Positions 52,171-62,300 of a DNA stretch of 63,807 nucleotides are shown piece after piece. The notes under the pieces were generated by a model that worked only from the letters and a program-made list of their open reading frames with translations, was not told the DNA's origin and did no database searches. The first letter of the stretch is position 1; every line of letters starts with the position of its first letter. Both the position numbers and the translations under genes were made by a program. Source of the DNA: Candidatus Eiseniibacteriota bacterium (GTDB taxonomy: Bacteria > Eisenbacteria > RBG-16-71-46); assembly GCA_044222065.1 (NCBI GenBank), contig JBGAOA010000018.1, positions 1-63,807 on the forward strand, in the 5' to 3' direction.

Positions 52171-54000
52171 ATGGATTTCCCGAAGTCCATCCGACTCGAA
52201 ATGGCCGGAGTCCCGCACGAATTCCACTTCGACGATGCGGAGGGATTCCTAAACTTTCGTTCGAACCTCGAACTGATTCGTCGGAGCGAACCCGTCGAGC
52301 GCGCGGCACGCATCGAGGAACTCGAGCGCCAGCAGCAGGCGCTGCTCGAGCGACACGAAGGCCTGCGTCACGAGATCGACGCCGTCGACGCCGAGATCGA
52401 CGAGTTCGGCTTCGCATCGCGCATGGGGGTGATCGGAGGCGGCCTGCAGGTGATCAAGGGCCTCGCGACCGGAGGTGTCACCGCCCTCGGAGTGGCGACG
52501 GGTCCCATCGGCAAGCTGATCGACGCCGAGTACGGAATCCTGCAGTCGGCGATCGACGTGAAGAGCGGCGAAGCGCTCGATGCCACCGATGCCGCGGTTC
52601 CCGTCGATCTCGCCGGCGAAGCGCTCTCGGCCACGGGCCACAGGCTCGCCGGCCGCGCGATGGGCGCCGCGGCGCTCGGCCTCAGCGCCTACGAGGCATC
52701 GCACGACGTGCTGGAAGGCGGGCGCACGATCTCCGAGATGACCGAGAACCGCGCGCGCCTCCTGAACGAAGGAGACGCCGCGAAGGAACGCTATGCCTCG
52801 CAGATGCAGGAAGCGGCGACTCGATACGACGAACTTCAGCACGAGAAGGACGCGCTGCGCTCGGCCCACGACGAGACGTTTCATCGCTCGCTCGACGACC
52901 TCGACCGTCTCTACCCGGAGGCCGCCGCTCAGCTTCGGAAAGAATGGCAGGACTCGTCGCCCCGGGCAGCGTTCGACGATCACGAATCGCATCCCGCCCG
53001 CACACCGGACCACTCCACGGAGGAAGACATGACGAACTCGCTCGGGAACGAATCGGACGCTTACGCTTCGGCGGCGACACAGCAGCACACGGACAGTGCG
53101 CACGCGGCTGCGCTCGAGGCCGCGGGCCACACTCAGAGCGCGCACGAGGCCGCGCTCGAAGCCACGGAGCAGGCGCACGGCGCGGCGCAGGCCGGGAACG
53201 AGGCTCGCGAACACGCCGAGGCGGCGGGTCAGCACGAGCAGGATGCCCTGACCGCGTCGCAGCACGCGCAGGAATCCGAGCAGCAGGCGACTGCCGCGTC
53301 GCAGCACGCGCAGGAGTCCGAGCAGCAGGCGACGACCGCGTCGCAGCACGCGCAGGAGTCCGAGCAGCAGGCGACGACCGCGTCGCAGCACGCGCAGGAG
53401 TCCGAGCAGCAGGCGACGACCGCGTCGCAGCACGCGCAGGAATCGGAGCAGCAGGCCTCCGCCCTGCTCGGCCAGATTCAGCAGCTCGAGCAGCAGGCGG
53501 AGACCGCGACACAGCACGTGATCGAGGCCGAGCAGCTGAGCGCGACTCTGGTCGGTCAGATGCAGGGCTACGAACACGACGCGACGGCGCTCCTGGAACA
53601 GACCCGTGGTCACGAGAACGAGGCTGCGACTTCGCTCGAACAGGCTCGTGGCCACGAAGGCGACGCGCACGCGTCGGCGGATCAGGCGCGCACGCTGTCA
53701 GAAGAAGTGGCGGGCCTTCGCGACGAATCGGCGTCCGCTCACGATCAGATCGAATCGTTCCGTCACGAGTGCGAGGCGTGGCACGCGGACGTCCAGCGCA
53801 TGCACGAGGATGCGATCCAGCTGCACCACGGCATCCAGGAGCTTCACAACCAGGCGCAGCAGCTGCTGGAGCAGGTGCAGGACGCGGCGCGCGAGGCCGC
53901 GCAGTCGGCCGATCAGGCCGCCGCGAGCGCCAAGAACGCCGAACACTTCGAACACGAAGCGGAGTCGGCCGCGACCCGCGCGAATTCCTGGGCCGGCTGA
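52171..54000 (+). CDS. Hypothetical coiled-coil protein with Gly-rich hydrophobic segment and 5x tandem 14-aa repeat (TASQHAQESEQQAT)
   Basis: ATG at 52171 is preceded by GAAAGGTG. 609 aa. Its 5' end is visibly lower in GC than the surroundings. It is the first gene of a four-gene cluster ending in Hsp70. Confidence 0.6.
   Translation: MDFPKSIRLEMAGVPHEFHFDDAEGFLNFRSNLELIRRSEPVERAARIEELERQQQALLERHEGLRHEIDAVDAEIDEFGFASRMGVIGGGLQVIKGLATGGVTALGVATGPIGKLIDAEYGILQSAIDVKSGEALDATDAAVPVDLAGEALSATGHRLAGRAMGAAALGLSAYEASHDVLEGGRTISEMTENRARLLNEGDAAKERYASQMQEAATRYDELQHEKDALRSAHDETFHRSLDDLDRLYPEAAAQLRKEWQDSSPRAAFDDHESHPARTPDHSTEEDMTNSLGNESDAYASAATQQHTDSAHAAALEAAGHTQSAHEAALEATEQAHGAAQAGNEAREHAEAAGQHEQDALTASQHAQESEQQATAASQHAQESEQQATTASQHAQESEQQATTASQHAQESEQQATTASQHAQESEQQASALLGQIQQLEQQAETATQHVIEAEQLSATLVGQMQGYEHDATALLEQTRGHENEAATSLEQARGHEGDAHASADQARTLSEEVAGLRDESASAHDQIESFRHECEAWHADVQRMHEDAIQLHHGIQELHNQAQQLLEQVQDAAREAAQSADQAAASAKNAEHFEHEAESAATRANSWAG
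53251..53460 (+). repeat. Five tandem copies of a 42-bp unit (ACCGCGTCGCAGCACGCGCAGGAGTCCGAGCAGCAGGCGACG), in-frame within the 52171-54000 CDS
   Basis: Read directly. Copies 3 and 4 are identical; the others differ by 1-4 nt. Confidence 0.9.
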
Positions 54001-54037
54001 GCCGCCCGAAACGTCCGAGAGCAGAGGAGAGCGCAAC

Positions 54038-55052
54038 CATGACTCGAGAGGAAGCCGCCGAGCTGCTCGGCACGACGCCCGAGGCCACGACGGGAGAAGT
54101 GCGGCGGAGGTTTCACGAGCTCTATTCCGAAATGCTCGTGCGCCTCACCAACGCGCCGACGCCCGCGCTCAGGAGCACGTACGAAGCGAACCTAGGAGAA
54201 CTCAAGGCGGCCTGCCGGATCCTGTCGCCGGGATACGACGAAGCGCACGATCGCGATCTCCCCACCTCACAGCCGCTCGCAGCTCAGCTCGTCGCACCCA
54301 TTGCGCCAGTGGCGCCGCTGACCGAAGCGCCCCCGAAGCGCCCGGGACTTTCGTGGTGGGCGCTTCCTCTCGCCATCCTGGGCGTCTACGCACTCGCGCT
54401 GGTCACGATGCGCGTCGGCCGAAGCGCCGAGCCGGCGGCCGCCGCTCCCGCTCAGATTCGCGTGACGCCGCCGTCGCAGGTGCCTGCCGTGCCCAGGAGC
54501 GGTCGCCCGAGCACCGAGTGGATCGGCTCCCGGAGCACACCGAAGCCGCGGCGCGAACCGGAGCGGACCGCCGAGGAGAGCCCGACCGCGGAGGCGGCCG
54601 TCCCCGTCACCGCCGCACCGCGCTATGAGACCCGCACGACGATGGAGCCGGTGACGAGCTACGTGAGCGAAACCGTTCCCGAACATCCGAACGGCGACAC
54701 CGAGCAGGTCGTCGAACGCCTGCACGACTACGACCTCTATCACGATCCGCCGGACCCGGCCGCCGATGGCGTCCTGCATCCGGGCAACAACTGCAGGCGG
54801 GTCGCCTGCGAGCATTACGGCCGCTGCGTCCACGGCCAGCCGAATCGCTGCCTCGTGTGCGGTGAGGGCCCCTTCACGCAACACGCCTTCGATTGGGCCC
54901 CGTGCCCGCACCCGCGACCCTGCACTCACCAGGCGGCGTGCAGTCATACGCGCGTCGAGTCGCACACCGTGCCGTGCCGGCACCTCGTCACGCGTCAACG
55001 CGCCGTCACCGAGATGCGCGCCGTCGAGCACGTCGTCGAGGTCTCGCGCTGA
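54038..55052 (+). CDS. Hypothetical protein: N-terminal J-domain-like helical region lacking HPD, one TM helix, Cys/His-rich C-terminal domain
   Basis: ATG at 54038 is preceded by AGAGGAGAG. The N-terminus MTREEAAELLGTTPEATTGEVRRRFHELYSEML resembles J-domain helix II without HPD. The TM helix is LSWWALPLAILGVYALALVTM. The C-terminus has 12 Cys and many His in ~75 aa (CRRVACEHYGRCVHGQPNRCLVCGEG...). Confidence 0.6.
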
Positions 55053-55113
55053 GGAACGGGGACGGGCCCGTCACACCCGGGCCCGTGCTCCGACTGCTGC
55101 GTCGGAGGACACG

Positions 55114-56835
55114 ATGAACGTCATTCGACCGACACCCGGCAGCGCACTCGAACAGACTCGGAAGTTGCTCGAAGACCTCGAACGTTGGGCCGCGAACGCG
55201 GACTCGCAGGCGCGAGGTCGCGAGGCGGCCGCGGAGATGCGGGGGCTTCGCGAGTTCTGCGAATCACCGCGCCTCGAGGTCGAAGTCGCCTGGTTCGGTG
55301 CGGAACGCGGAACGGCGACGGACATCGGGGCCGTGGGCGAGGCCGGGGACACGGGGCTCGCGAACTGCGCGGGGCCCGAATTCCGCCTCGTGGCGGCCTC
55401 GCACGAACGCGGCGGCAGCCGTCCGGTCGGCGAGGTCGTACCTCCGATCCTCGTGATCGTCGTCGGCCCGGGAGCAGACATCGGCGCGGACGTCCGGACA
55501 CGCGGCCTTCGCCTCGCGTTCGACCGCGGCGTGGTGCTCGTCTCCGCGGACGCCGGGGCGGCCTCGTTGGAGGCACTGATGGCCGACCTGTCCGAACTGG
55601 CGTTGGTCGTCGAGGACATCAGCGGCCCGGAACCGCTGCGGGATCGCGTGAAGGCGTGGCTGCGAGATCAGGGACGGCGATTCGACGCCCGCATGCTGCA
55701 ATCGCGCGCCGCCGCGAAGGCGGCGAGCACGACGCTTCAGGCCTGCGCAGAGGCCGCTTCGCAGAGCCTTCGCGGCGCCCGCGTGCGACGCGCCGTCATC
55801 CAGCAGCGCGTCGCGGGTCTGTCCGCGCGCACGACGGCCTCCAGTGTCGAACTCGGCGCTGATCTGCGCGCCCGGCTCGGTGCGCTCGTGACCGGCTATG
55901 AAGCGCGTCTTCACGAGCGCCTCGACGCCCTCACGGCCACGAGTGGCGACTCGTTCGTCACGCAGATCGATGCGCTCGCCAGCTCCGTTAAGGAACTACG
56001 ACAGCAGCACCAGGTGCAGACGACCGTGCTCACGGTCGACGAGCCCACGAGCGCCGGACTGCGGGACACCGTCGAGCGCCACATCCGTCCGCACCTGCGC
56101 AAGGACATCGAAGCCGCGCAGGCGCTCCTCGTCGCCGGGCGGGACGTCCTGACTTCGGCTCTCGAGCAGGCCGGCGCGCCGCCGTTCGTGCCTCAGTTCC
56201 AGCATCTCGGCGAAGACGCGGTCCGCCGCGTCGTCGAGCCGCTCACGACGGCGTCGATCCCGTATCGCGGCGAGGTCCACCGCCGGGGTCCGTTCGAGAT
56301 GTTCATGCTGGCACGGCGCTACCAGATGGTGTTCTACCTGCTGCTCACGATTTTCGGCGCGGGCATCAGCCGCGGCCAGGATCACCGCGGCGCCTGGATT
56401 GCCCTGTCTGCCGTGCTTCTGGCGATCGGCCTCGTGATCATGACGCGCACGGTGCGCCGGGAGCGTGCCTACGCGCTCGAGCGTGAACTCGAACGGGCGC
56501 GCGACGCGATCAAGCTGGAAGGCCGACGACTCGCGGGCGAACTCCAGCGCGCGTGGGTCCCGTTCCTCGCCCGTTACGTCCGCGACGAGATGCAGTCAAT
56601 GCACGCCCAGGGGGAAGCCCCGTTGCGCCAGCTGCAGGCCGCGCGCGCGACCGAGGCCGCGGACGAGAAGCAGCGCATCCAGCGCCAGATCCAGGCGCTC
56701 GAGACGAGCGAGCGGAGGCTCGCCACGCTGGCGCGCCAGCGGGAGGAGTTCGCCCACCGTCTGGCGCAGTTCCTCGGTCACCTGGACCAGATGCTCACCT
56801 CGACGCGCGAACCTCGCGAGGCGGAAACGCCATGA
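55114..56835 (+). CDS. Hypothetical protein with two C-proximal TM helices and coiled-coil tail
   Basis: ATG at 55114 is preceded by GGAGGA. 573 aa. The TM helices are MVFYLLLTIFGAGI and AWIALSAVLLAIGLVIM. Its stop overlaps the Hsp70 start (ATGA). Confidence 0.6.
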   Translation: MNVIRPTPGSALEQTRKLLEDLERWAANADSQARGREAAAEMRGLREFCESPRLEVEVAWFGAERGTATDIGAVGEAGDTGLANCAGPEFRLVAASHERGGSRPVGEVVPPILVIVVGPGADIGADVRTRGLRLAFDRGVVLVSADAGAASLEALMADLSELALVVEDISGPEPLRDRVKAWLRDQGRRFDARMLQSRAAAKAASTTLQACAEAASQSLRGARVRRAVIQQRVAGLSARTTASSVELGADLRARLGALVTGYEARLHERLDALTATSGDSFVTQIDALASSVKELRQQHQVQTTVLTVDEPTSAGLRDTVERHIRPHLRKDIEAAQALLVAGRDVLTSALEQAGAPPFVPQFQHLGEDAVRRVVEPLTTASIPYRGEVHRRGPFEMFMLARRYQMVFYLLLTIFGAGISRGQDHRGAWIALSAVLLAIGLVIMTRTVRRERAYALERELERARDAIKLEGRRLAGELQRAWVPFLARYVRDEMQSMHAQGEAPLRQLQAARATEAADEKQRIQRQIQALETSERRLATLARQREEFAHRLAQFLGHLDQMLTSTREPREAETP

Positions 56836-58355
56836 AGGTCGGAATCGATCTCGGCACGAGCTACTCGCTCATCGCGACCACGTCGCCGTCCGGGCAGCCG
56901 ATCCTGATTCCCGACTTCCTCGAGCGCGACGAGTTCCAGACGCCCTCGGTGATCCACCTGGGGCCGTCCGGCACGTTCGTCGGTGCGCTCGTCGACACGC
57001 TGCTCGAACAGCAGCCCGGGCTCAAGGCGATCCGCTACTTCAAGCGCTGGCTCGGACGCACCGAGCCCCTCCATTTCGACGAAGGAGGCGCCGCGTGGCA
57101 TCCGGAGAGCGTCGCGGCCCTCGTATTGAAGAAGCTCCGGTCCGATGCGGAGAGTTTCACCGGCACGTCGGTCGACGGCGCCGTCATCACCGTTCCGGCT
57201 CATTTCAACGATACGCAACGCAGGGCGGTGCTGTCGGCGGCGATGCTCGCGGACCTGCCCGTGCTCGGCCTCATCGAGGAGCCGGTGGCCGCCGCGCTGC
57301 ACTACGGCATCGTGAGCGAGGATCGCGACCGGGTCTTCGTCGTGTACGACCTCGGCGGCGGCACGTTCGACGTGAGCGCCATCTGCATGGATGAGAAAGG
57401 TGTCTACGTGCTCGCCAAGGACGGGCTCACGGACCTCGGCGGCAAGGAATTCGACGAACGCGTGGGCGGCATCATCCTCGCCCAGTTCGAGCGCGCGTTC
57501 GGGGACGTGCCCGCGCTGAGCGCGCGCTCCGTTCTCGACCTACGGCGGGCGGCCGAGGAACTGAAGATCGCGCTGTGCACGAGCGACGCTCCGCGCGTGG
57601 CGCGCGTGGTGATGCTCGGCGAGCGTGCGGTCGAGATCGTGCTCGAGCGCGCCGAGTTCGAACAGTCCGTGAGCGAACTCATCGAGGCGACGATCGCGTG
57701 CTGCCAGCGTTGTCTGACTCAGGCGGGACTGCGCCCCCGCGACGTCCACTCGGTGCTGATGGTGGGCGGTGGCTCGATGGTGCCGGCGGTCCGGCGCCGG
57801 CTCGAGCGGCTGTTCGACGGTCCGGAGCAGCGCGTGCTGCACCACGAACCGAGTCGCGCCGTGGCGCTCGGCGCCGCCCTGCGGGCGGCTCAGCTCGGCG
57901 ACGAGGCCCGCCCCCGCCAGCTTCCTCCCGAACTGCGCGGCGTCAGCGGACACACAGTGGCCGTCCGCACGATCGACGCCTCGACGGGACGTCCCGGCTT
58001 CGATCCCGTCATCAAACGCGGTTCACCGCTTCCCTCGCGAGCGGCCCGCACCTATTTCGCGACGCGTTCGGGCCAGAGCCGGCTCATCGTCGAGGTGGTG
58101 CAGTACGGGGACCGCGCCGAGGACTATGTGAGTCTCGGCGAGCTCGAGCTCGAACCGCTCGCTGGCGGCGCGCCGAACGGTGGCGCCAACGTGATCGTCG
58201 AGATGCTCGACGACGGCACGGTCACGCTCCGCGCCGCCGACCCCCGAGGCGGCGGCGAGATCGAGCGCACCCTGGTTCGCGCCGCGAGCGACGGTGTGCC
58301 GAACCTCGCGGCGCAGCGAGGCCTGGTCCGCTCGGCTCTCCTGAACCACCTCTAG
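56832..58355 (+). CDS. Hsp70-family ATPase, truncated (no C-terminal lid/EEVD), HscC-like
   Basis: 507 aa. Hsp70 NBD signatures: MKVGIDLGTSYS, ITVPAHFNDTQRRAV, VFVVYDLGGGTFDVS. The substrate-binding region is shortened. Confidence 0.85.
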   Translation: MKVGIDLGTSYSLIATTSPSGQPILIPDFLERDEFQTPSVIHLGPSGTFVGALVDTLLEQQPGLKAIRYFKRWLGRTEPLHFDEGGAAWHPESVAALVLKKLRSDAESFTGTSVDGAVITVPAHFNDTQRRAVLSAAMLADLPVLGLIEEPVAAALHYGIVSEDRDRVFVVYDLGGGTFDVSAICMDEKGVYVLAKDGLTDLGGKEFDERVGGIILAQFERAFGDVPALSARSVLDLRRAAEELKIALCTSDAPRVARVVMLGERAVEIVLERAEFEQSVSELIEATIACCQRCLTQAGLRPRDVHSVLMVGGGSMVPAVRRRLERLFDGPEQRVLHHEPSRAVALGAALRAAQLGDEARPRQLPPELRGVSGHTVAVRTIDASTGRPGFDPVIKRGSPLPSRAARTYFATRSGQSRLIVEVVQYGDRAEDYVSLGELELEPLAGGAPNGGANVIVEMLDDGTVTLRAADPRGGGEIERTLVRAASDGVPNLAAQRGLVRSALLNHL

Positions 58356-58592
58356 GCCGCCGCGGGGGGCTTCCGAATACGGCGTCACACCTGGCGCCCC
58401 TCCCCGACTCCGAGGGTGAAGCGCGCGGATGCGCGGTCGGACGACTCGGTCGAGGAAGCCCTCGCCCCCGAATCGAACTCCCGGCACCGGCGGGCCGACT
58501 CGACACACGCCGGAGGCGAACTCCGGCGACAGCCCGAGACGTGGAAGCGCCGACTCCCATCGAGCGGCGACCCAATGCGAGGAGGCAGGTCA

Positions 58593-59245
58593 TGCGGAAG
58601 GCGATGGTGTGGACGGCGCTGCTGACGATCCTGACGGTGAAGTCCGCCGTGGCGCAGACGATGTTCGGAGCGGAGGCGTACGGCAGCTCGAACCAGGTCG
58701 CGCTGGGATCGTGGGCGAGCGAACTGGTTCAGGAAGGCCGGAACGCCGGTGCGCTGACGAACGATCCGTCCCGCACGCCCGCCGGGGGCGGCGGGGTCCG
58801 GTTGCGCGGTGAGGGTTGGATGGCGTCGCTGGATTACGAGCGGCTCCCCGTCGCGCTCGACATGGAGGCGGGGCGTCACAAGGTCATGGGCGACTTCGCG
58901 GCCGACGTGATCGAAGCCAACGTCGGGCTGATGCTCGGGCGCGCGAAGGGCTTCGCGGTCGGGTTCGGCGGCGGAGTGAGCCTCTACAACATGTCCGGCG
59001 GGATTCAGCAGACCTACGACGGCGACCTCATCATGAATCGGACGATCGAGGGCGCGGCTGTCGGCGGACAGTTCATGGGCATGGTCGAGTGCAACCTCGG
59101 CGGACAGTTCTCCCTCCTCGGAGCCTTCGGTCAGCGTTCGGCGAAGCTCGAACAGCCCACCTCCGAGGGCGTGATCCTGCCCGTCGACATCGACTACTCG
59201 GGATCGTTCGTGAGGGTCGGCATCGCGACCTACTTCTCGCGGTAG
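58593..59245 (+). CDS. Outer-membrane beta-barrel protein (secreted)
   Basis: ATG at 58593 is preceded by AGGAGG. Signal peptide MRKAMVWTALLTILTVKSAVA. Alternating hydrophobic beta-strand pattern. 217 aa. Confidence 0.55.
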
Positions 59246-59333
59246 CCGCGGCGGTGGAATCCCGAGACCATCGCAGGCTCGAGGCGGAACACCCTCCGGT
59301 GTCCGCTTCGAGCCTTTTCGCGACGGGATCGAC

Positions 59334-62300
59334 TCACCCCGCGTCGCCGACCAGCACGAACGCCGCCCAGTAGTACGGATGCGCATACGGACGCTGGCCG
59401 TCGCTGGTGCGGTACTCCCGCAGCCAGCGTTTCGCGTCGTTCAGCGCCTCCGACTTGCGGGCGAGTCCGCCGGGTTTCGCGAGGAGCGTCTCGTAGAAGC
59501 GATTCATGAGCAGCGACGTCGCGCGGTCGTCTACTTCCCACAGGCTCACGAGCACGCTGCGCGCCCCGCGCCGCAGGCACGCGTCCGCGAGCCCGAGGTA
59601 GCCCTCGCCGCCCGCGAAGCGGCCGAGACCCGTCTCGCAGGCCGACAGCGTCACGAGATCGGCGCCGAGCCGCCACTCGCTCGAGATCTCGCGCGCGGAC
59701 ACGAGGCCGTCGAAGATTCGCCTGCGCTCGATCGCGGCGTCGACGGGATCTGGAAGCGCGATCTGCGACAGCACGAGCGCAGAACGCTCGGGCCGGCGCG
59801 GATCCACGAGCGCGTGCGTCCCGAAGTGCAGGATCGCCGCGCGCTGCAGTTCACCGTCGCGCGCGAGTCGGACCAGCTCCTGCTCGCTGCTCCGCTCCCC
59901 GAACAAGAACCGGCTGTCCGGATCCGCGTGCTTGCGCAACGCCTCGATCTCGAGCCGCGTGCCGCGCAGGCGCGGGAGTCTCGACACGAAGCGCCGGTCC
60001 GCGCTCGCGGTCCGGCGCAGCGAGTCGCCCAGTGCGAACGACCGCGTGGTGCTCCGGTCGGCGCCGAGATCGACGCTCGGCCCCCCGCAGCGCCCCTCGG
60101 CGCTCATCTCGCGCAGTGCGTCGTCGGAGAACGGTGGATCGGCGAAGCACACGACGCGTGGCGCGCCCCCGCGCGGCTGCCCCGCGGCGCGGCCCCGCTC
60201 CCAGGCGAACAGCGTCGCCGACGGGACGTAGGACACCTCGAAGCGCTCCCCCATCGACGGCGCACCCGCGTCAGCGAGCGGTTCGATCGGCACGCCGTGC
60301 ATGTCACCCGAGGGAATGACCACCAGCCTCCGCACACCTTGGAGCGCGCCCATGAGCGGCGCCAGACGCGCGCGATAACACACCACGGCAGACGACATGG
60401 GGCTCCCCGGAATCTGTAACGCGCCACGTGCCGCGGTGACGACTCCGTTGCGCGAAGACTCGGCGGGCAACGGGAACCACTGCGGCGAGCCCCCGGCGCG
60501 CATCACGTAGGCATAGTCGGAGCGAGCGTTGTCCGCGGCGGTCACACTGAGCCACCCGACCAGTGCTTCGTCCGGGCGAAGGGCGCTTCGGACGGTCTCG
60601 AGGGTCGCGACGCCCGTCGTGCCCGCGCCTCGGCGGCGAACCTCGAGTCCGGCGTCGATCCAGCGCGCCTCCGCGAACTCCAACCGTTTCTGCGCCTGCA
60701 GCCGTTCGTCCGCACGAACGTCGGCGGCGCGCGCGAGCGCCTCCGCCGCGCGCGCCGCGTCCGCAACTTCGCGGCGCAGCGAGTCGAGCCGAACCGAAGC
60801 GTCGCCGCGCATGAGTTCCTCGGCGAGGTCGCGCGCGAGGTAACGCTCGATTGCGCTCCATGCGCCGTCCGCATCCCCGAGTCGGAGTCTCACGAGCGCG
60901 AGCTTCGGAAACGGCGACTCCACGTCGATCGCTTCACCCCGGCCTGTCACGCTCAGGTCCCGGGCCGCCTCGTAGTCGCGCGCGGCGTCGGCGAAGTAGC
61001 GCTCGGCGCGACGCACGTCGCCGACGCCGAGCGTCGCGTCTCCGAGATTGATCTCGGCTCCGATGTAGTCGCCGCTCAATCGGCCGCGGCTCCGACGAAG
61101 CGTCTCCTCCGCCCCGAGCAACGTGGTGCGGGCGCGCCCCCACTGCCCGAGATGCATCGCGCAGCTCGCCCAGTTCATCGCCGTGCGAGCGTGCGCCGGG
61201 ACGTTTCCGAGGCGGGCGGATTCCTGAATGTCCATGGCGCGGCGAAAGGTCCGCTGCGCGATGGAATAGTCTCCCCGGAAGTACTCGATCGTTCCCAGCA
61301 CCTGAACGCCCTTCGCGAAGTCCGAAAGGTTTCGGTCCGGCGTGCGCTCGTAGGTGGCGAGCGCGGCGCGGGCGATCGGGAGCGCCTCTTCGTCGCGGCC
61401 CTGCTTGCGCAGCGCCGCGGCGTAGTTGAGCCGCGCTTGAGCGACGTCCGGAGCGGAATCCCCGAGCGCCTTCACCCGTAGCCGGATCGCTTCCTTCAAG
61501 ACCTCCTCGGCCTCGGGGAAGTTCCCTTGCAGGTCGAGCGTGTGACCGAGGTTGTTGAGCCCCGTGGCGATCGACTCGTCGTCGTCGTGATCTCGAGACA
61601 GGGCGACCGATTCCCGATACAACGCCTCGGCCTCCGCCAGCTTTCCCACGTCCTCGTACAGCGTAGCGAGATTGTTGAGCGCCGCGTCGATCGCGGGATG
61701 CAACGGATCGAGTTCCTTGCGATTGATCGCCAGCGCCGCCTCGGCCGCACGAATCGCCTCGTCATAATCCCCGAGTTCCATCACGGTCACGGCGACGTTG
61801 TTGTACGCGCGCGCCGCCTCGTAGCTCGAGTCCCCGCACGCCGCGAGCACGAGCGGCAGCTCGAGTCGGGCCAGCGTCGCGGCGCTGTCGTACACCTCCC
61901 GCTCGTAGCAGTCCACGAACAGCACGTCGAGGCTGTCGCCGACTTCGAGCTTGCGCCGCAGCGATTCTGGAGCCGCGATCATCCCCGCGAGGAAGTCGTG
62001 ATTGCGGCGGGCGTCCAGCAGCCTCCAGCGCGGCGCTTCAGGGTCCGCTTCGAGACAGCGGACGAACGTCTGCGCGACGTCCAGCGAACCGGACCAGTCG
62101 CGTGCCATCCGCAAGGCCTGCGACTCGGCTTCGAGCGAGTCGGCGGCCGAAGGCGGCGGAGCGGCGGGAGCCTGAGCCGAAGGCCGGGCAGCACAGCCGG
62201 CGAGGAGCAGGGTGAGGGCGATGATCGCGAGCGGACGGACGGACCAGTGGCTCGCGCGGGAGCGAGCGACGCTCGGCACGTGCACGGCGGTCGAGTGCAT
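59334..62300 (-). CDS. TPR-repeat + CHAT (caspase-like protease) domain lipoprotein
   Basis: 988 aa. Lipobox LTLLLAGC. The N-terminal half has TPR-like repeats (LNNLATLYEDVGKLAEAEALY...). The C-terminal CHAT-like region has a conserved His...Cys context (ILHFGTHALVD ... TLSACETG). Confidence 0.8.
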   Translation of the reverse strand: MHSTAVHVPSVARSRASHWSVRPLAIIALTLLLAGCAARPSAQAPAAPPPSAADSLEAESQALRMARDWSGSLDVAQTFVRCLEADPEAPRWRLLDARRNHDFLAGMIAAPESLRRKLEVGDSLDVLFVDCYEREVYDSAATLARLELPLVLAACGDSSYEAARAYNNVAVTVMELGDYDEAIRAAEAALAINRKELDPLHPAIDAALNNLATLYEDVGKLAEAEALYRESVALSRDHDDDESIATGLNNLGHTLDLQGNFPEAEEVLKEAIRLRVKALGDSAPDVAQARLNYAAALRKQGRDEEALPIARAALATYERTPDRNLSDFAKGVQVLGTIEYFRGDYSIAQRTFRRAMDIQESARLGNVPAHARTAMNWASCAMHLGQWGRARTTLLGAEETLRRSRGRLSGDYIGAEINLGDATLGVGDVRRAERYFADAARDYEAARDLSVTGRGEAIDVESPFPKLALVRLRLGDADGAWSAIERYLARDLAEELMRGDASVRLDSLRREVADAARAAEALARAADVRADERLQAQKRLEFAEARWIDAGLEVRRRGAGTTGVATLETVRSALRPDEALVGWLSVTAADNARSDYAYVMRAGGSPQWFPLPAESSRNGVVTAARGALQIPGSPMSSAVVCYRARLAPLMGALQGVRRLVVIPSGDMHGVPIEPLADAGAPSMGERFEVSYVPSATLFAWERGRAAGQPRGGAPRVVCFADPPFSDDALREMSAEGRCGGPSVDLGADRSTTRSFALGDSLRRTASADRRFVSRLPRLRGTRLEIEALRKHADPDSRFLFGERSSEQELVRLARDGELQRAAILHFGTHALVDPRRPERSALVLSQIALPDPVDAAIERRRIFDGLVSAREISSEWRLGADLVTLSACETGLGRFAGGEGYLGLADACLRRGARSVLVSLWEVDDRATSLLMNRFYETLLAKPGGLARKSEALNDAKRWLREYRTSDGQRPYAHPYYWAAFVLVGDAG

